From assembly GCF_001194135.2 (NCBI RefSeq), contig NC_069004.1, positions 19,539,582-19,603,581 of the forward strand: 64,000 nucleotides of DNA. Reading direction: 5' to 3'. The notes below the pieces were generated by a model. It was not told the origin of the DNA. It was given only the letters and a program-made list of their open reading frames with translations, and searched no databases. This DNA is from Octopus bimaculoides. Lineage: Eukaryota. Position 1 is the stretch's first letter. Each line of letters starts with the position of its first letter. The position numbers and the translations under genes were made by a program. Of this stretch, positions 1-11,070 are shown piece by piece.

Positions 1-240
1 TCCCTGTCTCTCTATGCGTGTGTGTGTATTTATTTGATTTCTTTGCATTTGTCTCCTGCCACCACTTGAAAACTGGTGTTGCTTTGTTTATGGCCTCATA
101 ACTTAGCTGTTTGGTAAAAGTGACCAATAAAATAAGTACCAGACATTAAAAAAAAATAAAAACAAAAAATGACTGGGATTGAGCTGTTTCTCTAAAAACC
201 CTACAGGGTGGTGCTCCAGCATGGCTACAAAATAAAAGAT
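1..240 (+). mobile_element. SINE family 1, 3' half
   Basis: CCACCACTTGAAAACTGGTGTTGC...AATAAGTACCAG...GGTGGTGCTCCAGCATGGC matches the family-1 tail. Confidence 0.75.
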
Positions 241-682
241 AAATTCTATAACCATGTGATTAAGAAGTCCAGTTTGTGGTCACAAGGATCTGTTTTCAGT
301 TTCCCCTATGAGGCACCTTGGGTGTATGGACTTACCTATAGTTTTGAGTTGGCTAATGCATTGCAAGTGAAATTTGGTAGACAGAAACTGTCCAGAGGCC
401 TATTTTATGTTTTTTTGTATCTTTGCATAAATGTTTACCTGTGGGAAAATAGTGTTAAGTTGTATCACAGGAGTGGCTGTGTGGTAAGAAGCTTGCTCCC
501 CTATCACATGGTTCTGGGTTCAGTATCACTGCGTAGCACCTTGGGCAAGTGTCTTATACTACAGCCTTGGGCCAGCTAAAGCCTTGTGAGTGGATTTGGT
601 AGATGGAAACTGAGAGAAGCCTGTATGTATATATATAAATATATGTGTGTATATCATCATCATCATCATCATCGTTTAACGT

Positions 683-853
683 NNNNNNNNNNNNNNNNNN
701 NNNNNNNNNNNNNNNNNNNNNNNNNNNNNNNNNNNNNNNNNNNNNNNNNNNNNNNNNNNNNNNNNNNNNNNNNNNNNNNNNNNNNNNNNNNNNNNNNNNN
801 NNNNNNNNNNNNNNNNNNNNNNNNNNNNNNNNNNNNNNNNNNNNNNNNNNNNN
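683..853. other. assembly gap (others: 22357-22538, 27454-27746, 32628-32744, 44487-44496, 48085-48198, 52344-52353, 53627-53978, 55216-55263, 55890-55899, 56164-56214)
   Basis: N runs, mostly abutting (TA)n or (TG)n. Confidence 0.99.
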
Positions 854-1001
854 AAATGAAGTATTGAATGTCTTATTGAATATATGGAATATGTCTTATT
901 GAATATATGAAATATTGAGTGTTCAATATAAAGGAGTAAATATATAAATATATAAAGGCGAATACGTGTTTTCTATACCTTGTGGTATTTCATCATGGCC
1001 G

Positions 1002-1040
1002 GTATGACAGACTGTAACAGACTGTTACAGTCTGTCATAC
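1002..1040. repeat. perfect 39-bp palindrome (19-bp arms, 1-nt centre)
   Basis: GTATGACAGACTGTAACAG-A-CTGTTACAGTCTGTCATAC read directly. Confidence 0.97.
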
Positions 1041-1128
1041 ATTAGAGTTGGAACTCTTTTAAATAAAATAATATATTCCTCTATACACGATCATACAAAA
1101 CCCTTTTTTTTTTGTATTTATTTTTACT

Positions 1129-1171
<43 letters not shown>

Positions 1172-1439
1172 ATCTGAGTTTGTTCCCCCACCCCGTTACC
1201 ACTTGACAACTGGTGTTGGTGTGCTTACGTCCCGTGTAACTTAGCGGTTCAGTGAAAGAGGCTGATAGAATACATACAAGACTTAAAAAATAAGTACTGG
1301 GGTCAATTCATTCAACTAAAAATTCGAGGTGGTGCCCCAGCATTGTCACAGTCTAATGGTTGAAACTGATAAAAGATGGTAATTTAGCCTTTCAGTAAAT
1401 ATAGCACTCTACTGCTCTGCTTGGTGAAGCTGTACCAAC

Positions 1440-1670
1440 AGAGATGCCCTCTCCATTGAGAACTTGATTGCGGGAGCACACGGAAAATGTGAACTGCACA
1501 AGTCCAGAGCCAACTACTCACCTATATTCCCAGCAGACCACCAGTGCCTGACCTGTGGCAGAGCCTTCTGAGAGCATGCATCAGGCTGATTGGCCACAGT
1601 CAGGCACGCTGTGACCATCTTCTCTCATGTGATGTCGTTGGTCGTCATTGACAGTGATGGATGAACAGTA
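1440..1670 (+). mobile_element. RTE-clade LINE 3' end remnant (C-terminal CxxC...H motif and 3' tail)
   Basis: Translates as ENLIAGAHGKCELHKSRANYSPIFPADHQCLTCGRAF*, then after a frameshift ACIRLIGHSQ. This resembles the RTE/Bov-B C-terminus CPTCGRxFRARIGLISH. It is followed by GGTCGTCATTGACAGTGATGGATGAAC, like RTE 3' ends. Confidence 0.8.
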
Positions 1671-2002
1671 TTGCTATTGGTCTTCAAGAAAATCTTGGAC
1701 AGTGGGGTTCCTCGATTATCCCTAGAGGTCCTCCTGTATCAGGAGGGCTATATCGCTATCATTCCCCACCCATCCCATTTTTTTTTTCTTTTTTAAACCT
1801 TTGTATACTATATATATGTCCTTTACTCTCCATTGTGTATACTTAAATTTTTTCTTTTTCTTTTTATAATTATTTTATCATTTCATTATATATAAACTCC
1901 CACACTTTATGTCTGTCTTTGTATTGTCCCCCCCGCCCATCCTTTGCCCTGATGGCAAATAAATGAAATAACCATCATCACCATTATTATTATTATTATT
2001 AT

Positions 2003-4000
2003 TTGGCAGCGAGCTGGCAGAATTGTTATTATGCTGGACAAAATGCTTAGTGGCGTTTCATCTGTTCCTACATTCTGAGTTCAAATTCCACCAAGGTTGA
2101 CTTTGGTTTTCATCTTTTTGGGGTCAATAAAATAAGTACCAGTTGAACACTGGGGTCAATGAAATCACTCATCCCCCACCTCTCCCAAGCTGCCCTTGTG
2201 GCAAAAATTTGAAATAATAGTAATAATAATAATAATAATTATTATTATTAGGCAGCAAGCTGGCAGAAACGTTAGCCCGTGGGGCGAAATACTTAGCGGT
2301 ATTTTGCCTGTCACTACGTTCTGAGTTCAAATTTCACCGAGGTTGACTTTGCCTTTCATCCTTTTGGGGTTGATTAAATAAGTACCAGTTATGCACTGGG
2401 GTCGATGTAATCGACTTAATCCATTTGTCTGTCTTTGTTTGTCCTCTCTATGTTTAGCCCCCTGTGGGCAATAAAGAAATAATTATTAGACAGCGAGCTG
2501 GCAGAATCGTTAGCACACTTAGTGGCATTTTGTCTGTTGCTATGTTCTGATTTCAAATTCCGCCAAGGTTGGCTTTGCCTTTAATCCTTTTGAGATTGAT
2601 AAATTAAGTACCAGTGGAACACTGAGGCCGATGTAATCGACTATTCCCCTACCACAAATTTCTTGCCTTGTGCCTATAGTAGAAAGGATTATCATTATTA
2701 TAAATATAGATCAATTTGAATAAGTATTAAGATTGATATGATTGACAGAAAGCCTTTGAATATGTTTCAGTGTGTATTGTCATTGGACTGCGGCATGGCT
2801 TCTGTCCAATGACTGAAACAAAATAGTAAACAAACTCTGTTCTTATTTAATCAGGAGGGTGGGGTAGGGGCCCTTTAATGTCTCCCAGTGGATTTCAGAA
2901 AATTTTGAACTTTAGTACTTGTTCCTCCATTTTCTTTTTCTATTTGTTATAAAAATTAGTGTTACTGTCTGTTGTACATATTTAAAAATATTGTTATTGT
3001 TCATTTTTAGAAGATTGAATTAAATGCTTTCCAGCTTTCAGATTTGTCTTATGATCTGAATTATTCCTGTCTTCAGAAAAAGAAAATGTAGTTTAGTAGT
3101 TGTATAATTAATTAATTAATTATTATTATTAAGGCAGTGGAGGCAGCAAGCTGGCAGAATTGCTTAGCAGCATTTCATCTGTCTTTACATTCTGAGTTCA
3201 AATGCCGCCAGGATCAATTTGCCTTTCATTTTTTCAGGGTTGATAAAATAAGTACCAGTTGAGTACTAGGGTCGATCTAATTGACTTAGCCCCGCCCCCG
3301 AAAATGCTGGCCTTGTGCCAAAATTTGAAACTATGATTAAGACAGTGAGCTAGCACAATTGTTAGCACACCAGACAAAATACTTAGTGACATTTCTTTTA
3401 GCTTTATGTACCAAATTCAAATATCGCTGAAGTTGACTTTGCTTTTCATCCTTTCAGGGTCAATGAAATAAGTACCAGTTATGCACTGGGATCAGTGCAA
3501 TTGACTGAGTTTCATGCCTTTTGCCTATAGTAGAAAAATATTGTTTTTATTTTTAATTGTTACAGTTAGGGAGCAAGCTGGCAGAAATAATATAAGGCTG
3601 CGAGCTGGCAGAAACGTTGGCATGCCGGGCGAAATGCTTAGCGGTATTTCGTCTGCTGTTACATTCTGAGTTCAAATTCCACCGAGGTTGACTTTGCCTT
3701 TCATCCTTTTGGGGACGATAAATTAAGTACCAGTTATGCACGGAGTCGGTGTAATCGACTTAATCGCTGTGTCTGTCCTGTTTGTCCCCTCTATGTTTAG
3801 CTCCTTGTGGGCAATAAAGAAATAAGAAATAGAGCATCAAAAAGGATACATTGTTGTAATTATTGCAATCCTTTATGTTTTGAGTTCAAATCTCATTGAG
3901 GTGAACTTTCTCTTTCATACCTTTCAGGGTTGATAAAATAAAGTAGCAGTCTAGTACCAGTATTGTCTACTCCTCTCTTTGTGCCTAAATTAGAAGCATT
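2003..4000 (+). mobile_element. head-to-tail cluster of about 7 family-2 SINEs (octopus OK-type) separated by (ATT)n
   Basis: Repeated GGCAGCGAGCTGGCAGAA...GAGTTCAAATTCC...GACTTTGCCTTTCATCC...AAGTACCAGT units start near 2003, 2250, 2490, 3133, 3340, 3570/3596 and 3860. Confidence 0.9.
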
Positions 4001-4145
4001 TCTTAATTATTCTAGTAAAAATTACCTCAACATAAAAGCAACAAGGCTTTTTAAATATTTTCTTGCTGAGGTACAAATGGAAATGTTTTGTGAAAAAATT
4101 TGGAGTGTCTCTTCTATTTTCACATTAATTCTTTTTGCTTATATT

Positions 4146-4383
4146 GGTGGTCCTCAGCTGGGGTCCATATGACCCTTACAGGGTCCATATAACATTTTGT
4201 TAAAATTTATCTGCAATAAATTGGTTATACTATTACAATACACAAAATATTTTAACAATTTTTAAAATACAATTCCTAATAATATATAGGATTTTTTCTA
4301 AAACATTGGATGGTTATAGGAGTCAAAGTAGTATAAAATAGGGATCAAAGATGTCCATAAGTGAAAAAGAATGGGCAACACTG
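4146..4383 (-). mobile_element. hAT-like MITE (CAGTGGTTCTCAA type), decayed
   Basis: Reverse-complement match to the copies at 19322 and 23044 (GGGGTCCATAT...GGATGGTTATAGGAGTC...AATGGGCAACACTG). Confidence 0.7.
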
Positions 4384-4921
4384 GGTTATATCATCAATTA
4401 CTGAGCATTTTTGTAACAGAAGCATAATCACTCAGTTTAACTATAACTGCAAGATATAAATGGTCTGAAAGAACAGCATGTTTATTGTTTCTTCCTTATC
4501 AGCATTACAGCTTGGGTGACTGACAACTGGTGGGTGAGGAGTTGTTAACTTCCCATACTAGCGTTTGGCATTTGGGGAATTGTATCACTGTTATAGGAAT
4601 ATAAAGGTCTTTGTGGTTTCTATCATTGGACTGTGGCCATACTGGGGCACCACCTTGAAAGATTTAGTTGCATAATTGAATACATTGCTCTCAGTCGTTT
4701 TCTTTTTTTTATTATCTAACTGTTAAACTCTGACTAAATTGTAAGCCTATCAGTTATTCTGTTGGTATCTTTTTGTGAAACTGCCAAGTCAGAGGGATGT
4801 AAATAAACCAACACTGGTTGTCAAGGAGTGGTGGGATACAAACAAAAGCATGCCAATGCATGAAACTCTCAGACCTTGAGTCACTCTTGCTTCTGCTGAA
4901 TATTAATAAAAATCTATCTAT

Positions 4922-4958
<37 letters not shown>

Positions 4959-5156
4959 GAATAATCTCTCGATTATCATGGGTGTTACATCCCCCCCCCC
5001 CCGTGATAGGTGAAAATCCGCGAAGTAGAAACAGTACTGTATATTTTTAAAAATTATTTTTATAATTTGTATATATTTATTTTATTATAAATGCAAAACA
5101 ACACCATGGAGTAAACAACATAAGCTTAAATAATAAACCACAATATGGCGAGGTAT

Positions 5157-5198
<42 letters not shown>

Positions 5199-5200
<2 letters not shown>

Positions 5201-5360
5201 TGGGCTTCTTTCAGTTTCTGTCTACCAAATTCACTCACAAGGCTTTGGTTGGCCCAGGGCTATACTAGAAGACACTTGTCCAAAGTGCCACATACTAGAG
5301 CTGAACCTCAAACCATGTAGTTGGGAAGCAAACTTCTTACCACACAGCCACAACTGTGCC
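5199..5360 (-). mobile_element. SINE family 1, 5' half
   Basis: Reverse complement of the family-1 head, adjoining (TG)n. Confidence 0.85.
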
Positions 5361-6079
5361 TGTGTGTGTACATATATTTTTAATATACTCTTGCACATTA
5401 AAGCATGAATGGTCATATAAAGAGAGTTTAGAATTTAAGACAGAGAATTATTTATCTTCGTTCATTAAACTATTTATTGATTTATTTTACAATTTAGTCG
5501 TCAGAGTTTGAAACTAAAATTGTTGATATCCTTTGACTCTGCACATGGCTAATTATTGATCTTCATTTTCAGTAGTTTAAAGTCAAAATTTTAGGAGTTG
5601 ATGATACTTTTCATTTTGTTATTTTCTTAAATTAACTTGTATAATTAACTCTTAATGGTCTGGAATGAATTAGTAAAATATAAGTAATACATTCTGACTG
5701 ATACACCTGCTTCATATTTCTCTCTTTTTGTCTTTCCTAATCACAAGAAATTCTTTGTTTCCTAATGTCATGTATTGTCTCTAGATACAGCAACAAGACT
5801 AATTTTATTTCTCTGTAGAATATGAAGAAAGTAGTGCTGATCTTAATTAGTAAATAGTGTGTAAAGATATGTTTGCACTGTGGAATAAATTACTTGAGTT
5901 CAAATCTCATGGGGGACCCTGCCAACACAATAAAATTAGCATGAGGAAGTGGAGTTATTTCCAGAACATTCTCCACAATTACCAAATCGGGCCTCATAAG
6001 CTATTAAAGAAATTCAGTTTTTTAGTGTTTAGCCTTGTGTGTTTTGCATTAGAAGTGCTGGATCACTGGGATATTTACA

Positions 6080-6492
6080 CATCATCATTGTCATCATCAT
6101 CATCATTTTGATGTCAACGTCTCCATACCAACATAATTTAATGTCAGCTTGTCGGAGAAGATTTTCTACAGCTGGATGCCCTTCTTGTCACCAAACCTCA
6201 ACTATTTTCAAGTAAAGTAATATTTCGTCTATGATCAGATATTTTCATGGAAAGTTGGAAATAGGACACCATTTACATGATGATGTCACTTGTTTACAAC
6301 TATCGTGTAAGACACACACACATGCATGCACACACATACATTTATACACAAATACACATGCATACATATATATATCCACACAACATATATTTATCTCCAT
6401 GTATCCACATATATGTATATATCTATATCTATCTACATATATATATATATATCCATGTATCCACATATATGTATATATCTATATCTATCTAC

Positions 6493-6525
<33 letters not shown>

Positions 6526-6730
6526 AACATATATATACATGCGTGTGCACACACACACACATATATGACGGGCTTCTTTTGGTTTCTGTCTACCAAATCC
6601 ACTCACAAAGATTTGGTCGGCCTGGGGCTATAGTTGAAAGCACTTGCCAAGGTGCCACACAGTGGGACTGAACGCCAGAGCCATGTGGTTGAGAAGCAAG
6701 CTTCTTACCACACAGCCACGCCTGCACCCA
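6080..6730 (-). mobile_element. SINE with family-1 head, microsatellite hinge and RTE-type (GAT)n tail
   Basis: Head at 6565-6730 and TA/CA-rich hinge at about 6310-6565. The tail includes GCTGGATGCCCTTCTTGTCACCAAACC and a (CAT)n end. Confidence 0.85.
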
Positions 6731-7157
6731 TATTCACACTTCATGATCTAAGTATGTGTGAGACGGAGACAGACCGATTCTGATAATGTCTTTTCTGACA
6801 CAGTTATAATGTTTGTACTGAATGTAAGCCCTAAATATTAGCAATATTGAATATGCAAGAAGAGACATAGTGTAGGAAAGCAAACCGAATATATAAGCAT
6901 GTGATATGTTTATTGATTGGGAATACTGTCATTTGATAGTCTAGCTCTCTCTTCCTCCCTTCTCCCGCACTCAATTGTACTTTCCACTCACACACATGTC
7001 AAAATGGTGGTACAGATTCAGTATGTTAAACTGCATTATCCTCAGCTATTGTTATTATTGTGCTGTGCCCAGTATTCCTCCTATCTTCTTCATTCAGTCA
7101 GTTCTCAAAATGGGACTTTGATTTGTGGGTAGGTTTTGTTTAGTTACATCCTGTCCT

Positions 7158-7858
7158 TAACTCTTTAGGCTTCAGATTATTCTGTCAAATGTAATGCTTT
7201 TTTTTTTTTTATAGGCTCAGACATGGCTGTGTGGTAAGAAGCTAGCTTCCCTACCACATGGTTCTGGGTTCAGTCCCACTGCGTGGCACCTTGGGCAAGT
7301 AACTTTGACTATAGCCTCAGGCCGGCCAAAGCTTTGAATGGATTTGGTTGATGGAAACTGAAAGAAGCCCATTATACGTGTGTGTGTATGTATGTATATA
7401 TATAAATAATAAGGGTGGCTTGTTAGCAATTTTTCAACCAAAGGCAAAAATATATATGTTACTAAAGCAGCTGAGGATGCTATTCAATACCAGTATTGCT
7501 AGAAATAAGAGTCAAAACAATAAGCACCATCTTGTTGACTGACAAGGAAGGCAAGCTCCCTGTCTGGTGCTTAAGGAGCTTGCTTCCCTTGACAGTCAAT
7601 AAGATGGTGCTTATTGTGGCCATGAGTTATTTTGACTCTTATTTGTGGTGCTCCAGTATGGCCAGTCAAATGACTGAAACAAGTAAAAGAATGAAAGAAT
7701 TGTTTTGAATTATTTATGCAAGATTTTGATGATGTGATGTTTTGCTTTCTGAATGACATTGTAGGGTGGGTGTGAGAGGCCAAATCTGGCCAGTTTAAAC
7801 ATAAAACCTGTAGAATATTTAAATCAGATGCAGCAGGTGTACATGCTAAACGATTAAA
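7158..7858 (-). mobile_element. piggyBac-like MITE A interrupted by a family-1 SINE (about 7213-7700, +)
   Basis: TTAACTCTTTAGGCTTCAGATTATTCTGTCAAATGTAATGC at the left. The MITE resumes at about 7700 (GAATGACATTGTAGGGTGGGTGTGAGAGGCC...CATGCTAAACGATTAA). Confidence 0.75.
7503..7644. repeat. about 140-bp foldback (41-bp inner arms at about 37/41 identity, 15-nt loop, perfect 15-bp outer arms)
   Basis: AATAAGCACCATCTTGTTGACTGACAAGGAAGGCAAGCTCC pairs with GGAGCTTGCTTCCCTTGACAGTCAATAAGATGGTGCTTATT. AAATAAGAGTCAAAA pairs with TTTTGACTCTTATTT. Confidence 0.92.
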
Positions 7859-8999
7859 CTTACGGAGCAACTAACATGCTTCAGTGTTTTGTGAAGTTGT
7901 TATGTTCACTCTACTGGCATAGTTTGTTTGGGAATTTAACCATTTCTCATGAGTTTTGAGGTATGTAGGTGTATTTTGGTGGCTAAATGTGGAATTCCTT
8001 CTAATCCACTACTCATCTACTTTGAAGTGAGACTTGTATCTAATTTCTGGCTTACAAAAAATGCTGTTGGAAACTACTTAATCCTCAATAAGTTCTGAGT
8101 AATTAAGAGGAAGTTTTGATGTTTTCTGTTTGTTTAAATTTACGAGAAACCCGTTGGTCATAATTTAATCATTTTTAGTGTTTTGGAGACTAATGGATTA
8201 TTTAACATTACTGCTGTCAATTACAAAACGAAAAAAAATAAGAACAAATAATAAAAATAATGTAGGCTAAATCTGCTTGGTATATATATTTATCTATAAC
8301 AGCTGCTATATGCACTGGTTTTGTGCAGTTGCAGGTTGGTGTGACGCTACAACAATCCAAGCAGGTATTTCTGTCAAGGCAGCAGAAATTATTTTTATTT
8401 TATTTTTTTTTTCAAATCAGATTTATATCCATGTTAGCAGGTTTAATGTCAGACTGTAAAAGATCATGTTCTTTCTTGATAATAAAACTTAATTTATATA
8501 ATAATTTTGTATTTGAATCTCATTCATGTCATAACCTCTTGCTATAGTTGATTTCAGTATATGACACAAAGGTGTTCCAAACACGACTGGAGACTTCATT
8601 TTCTTTTCTTTTTTTTTTTAATGATTTTGATTTCAAAACTAATTGGAACAAATTCTTTAATGACTTAATGGCCATTCTTTGGAATAAAGCTTTCGTTCCC
8701 AATTAAGTAACAATCAAGTTCACTTTCTTCTTTTCTCATTTTAAATGGCTGTTGTATTCTTGATTGAATATTGCACAGTAAAAACAGTAAGCATTTGATG
8801 AGGGATCCAGATATGACTTTGTCTCCATTTTATTTCTCTTTAGTAAAGGGTAAATACCTTTGGGATTAGTATGAGCAACATATATTCCATTCACATCCTT
8901 GATGCATAACTGCAGAAAACAATTGCAACATAGACAGGTGGGGTGCATTGCAACATAGCACCCCTTCCTCCACTCCCGAGAGATTAGCGGTATCATTAA

Positions 9000-9195
9000 C
9001 CCTCTTAATTCCAACCCGCCTGAGACCACTCTTGGTTATATGAATCGAACTTCCTGGTTTAAACGTCTGTCATAATTTCATGTTAATTTATGTCTCAGCT
9101 TAAGAATGCCAGTTATTTTGCTGAATTCTTTGTTATTTCCAAAATTAATTGAAACAAAGGCAATGTATTTTAATAGAAATATGGTAATGAAAGGG
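9000..9195 (+). mobile_element. piggyBac-like MITE B
   Basis: TTAA|CCCTCTT...GAAAGGG|TTAA. The internal sequence matches the copy at 21779-22747. Confidence 0.75.
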
Positions 9196-9350
9196 TTAAA
9201 TGCTATGTTCAGGAACTAGTGTGGTTTGATTACTCACAGTCTACTTAGAAATTCATTCTTAACCCTTTTGATATCAACCTGCCTGAGACTGCCTGTACTA
9301 AATTATATTTAAATATTCAAATTATAAAATCTTCATCAAAATCTTTTTAA

Positions 9351-9982
9351 CCCTTTAGCATTTAAACTGGCCATATATGGCCCAAATATTTTACCTGTTT
9401 TATGTTCAAACCAGCCATAAGGTCTCTCACACCTACCCTACACTGTCCTTCTAAAAATAAACAATCACAACATCAAAATCTCAAAGCTACAGGCGCGGGA
9501 GTGGCTGTGTGGTAAGTAGCTTGCTTACCAACCACATGGTTCTGGATTCAGTCCCACTGCGTGGCACCTTTGGCAAGTGTCTTCTACTATAGCCTCGGGC
9601 CAACCAAAGCTTTGTGAGTGGATTCGGTAGACAGAAACGGAAAGAAGCCCGTCGTATATATGTATATATATATATATATAGATATGTATGTGTGTGTATA
9701 TGTTTGTGTGTCTGTGTTTGTCCCCCCAACATTGCTTGACAACCGATGCTGGTGTGTTTACGTCCCCGTAACTTAGCGGTTCGGCAAAAGAGACCGATAG
9801 AATAAGTACTAGGCTTCCAAAGAATAAGTCCTGGGTCGATTTGCTCAACTAAAGGCGGTGCTCCAGCATGGCTGCAGTCAAATGACTGAAACGAGTAAAA
9901 GAGTAAGGTAATGCATAATTAATTCAAAACAATGTGAATAAATAAGCAATACATTTCTCAAAGAAATCTGAATGTTAAAGGG
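9351..9982 (+). mobile_element. piggyBac-like MITE A with TTAA target duplications, containing a young SINE
   Basis: TTAA at 9347-9350 and 9983-9986. Terminal inverted repeats CCCTTTAGCATT / AATGTTAAAGGG. TTAA TSD with CCC...GGG ends is the established piggyBac signature. Confidence 0.88.
9492..9905 (+). mobile_element. full-length young SINE family 1
   Basis: A-box-like TGGCTGTGTGG, B-box-like GGATTCAGTCCC, CORE-like CCTTTGGCAAGTG, central (TA)n(TG)n, and tail ending GAAACGAGTAAAAGAGTA. Near-identical to the copies at 16021, 22185 and 55044. Confidence 0.93.
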
Positions 9983-10339
9983 TTAAAATATGAATCAAAT
10001 TATGAGATTTCTGTTGGTCAATATCAGCATAATGTACTTTTATATAAAGTTACAGAAAGCTTAGTAAGTTCCTTCAAAATCTGATTATATTAAAAATTAA
10101 CTGAAATATAAATGCAGGTAATTTATTCCAAATTTAGTCATGAAAGAGCCAAGTTAGAGTGTACAATTATTTGTATCTCCTCCTGCCAAAGCTTTGTGGG
10201 TATATTTTGGTTGGAGGAAACTGTGTGTACATGTATTTGTCTCTCCCACCACTTGACAACCGGTGCTGGTTTATGTCCCCATAACTTGGCAATCTGGCAA
10301 AAGATGGTAGTCACCACATGGTCATTTTCTTTCTCAATG

Positions 10340-10780
10340 CATATGAATGAGGATAGTTGCATCAAGAGGTGCCGATCTCTAATAGTAGAAAGAACATGTG
10401 GAAGGGGTAAACCCAGGAAGACAAAGTGGTGAGAAGTGATCTACAAATGTTGGGACTCACAGAGGAGATGATAGGGGACCAAGTCTCTTGGCGGTTTGCT
10501 GTGTTTGAGAAGACGCGTCAAGCCAAGTAAAAGCGTGTTTGCCCTTGCAGCCCTCTCCAGCTGAGCATCCCTAATCTTGTGGGCTTGTAAGTGCTGGTGC
10601 CACATAAAATGCACCTAAAACACTCTGTAAAGTGGTTGGCGTTAGGAAAGGTGTCAGTCATAGAAACCATGCCAAAACAGACGTGGAGCTTGAACAGCCC
10701 TTCAGTTGGTCAGCTCCTGTCAAACTGTCCAACCCATGCCAGCATGGAAAACAGAGAGTAAATGATGATAATGATGATGA
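10340..10780 (+). mobile_element. 5'-truncated RTE-clade LINE (ORF C-terminus plus 3'UTR with (GAT)n tail)
   Basis: DSCIKRCRSLIVERTCGRGKPRKT, then after a frameshift VRSDLQMLGLTEEMIGDQVSWRFAVFEKTRQAK*. This is the GRGRPRKTW...DL..LGL...DR..WR pattern of RTE LINEs. The tail is CCAACCCATGCCAGCATGGAAAAC...ATGATGATAATGATGATGA. Confidence 0.85.
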
Positions 10781-11070
10781 ACTAAGAGGCAGATTTCAAT
10801 TTATTTACAATTTTTATGCATAAGTTACTTTTATGTTAACACTTACCTTTATCATTCTCAGTCTTTAGTTTGGTCATGAAGTTTCATTTGCCTGGTTTTC
10901 TTAAGGGAAAAAAATTTTTTTTTTTTCCTTGATATCTGCTATATTTACACATTGTCAGGAAGTGCTGATTACTGGATAAAAGAATGTACACATATGAGTG
11001 CTCAATAAAAATGCTGTAGAGCTATGAAATTTATGACGACAGTGTTCTTCTTAAAATTGCACAGTGCTGA

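Larger units (their letters stand above)
470..1378 (+). mobile_element. SINE family 1 (tRNA-headed, CORE-like; octopus OR-type) split at its central microsatellite by nested insertions and an N gap
   Basis: The 5' half at 470-650 (GGAGTGGCTGTGTGGTAAGAAGCTTGC...GGTTCAGT...CCTTGGGCAAGTGTC) and the 3' half at about 1160-1378 (CTTGACAACTGGTGTTGGT...GAAACTGATAAAAG) match the intact copies at 9492 and 16021. That both halves belong to one copy is inferred. Confidence 0.75.

Noticed and set aside
6400-6510. About 56-bp tandem duplication ATCCATGTATCCACATATATG...
   Set aside because: Ordinary slippage within the SINE microsatellite hinge.
9525-9848. Recurrent ORFs ending DGLLSVSVYQIHSQGFGRPEAIVEDTCPRCHAVGLNPEPCGW
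   Set aside because: Antisense reading of the family-1 SINE head; they recur wherever the SINE does.
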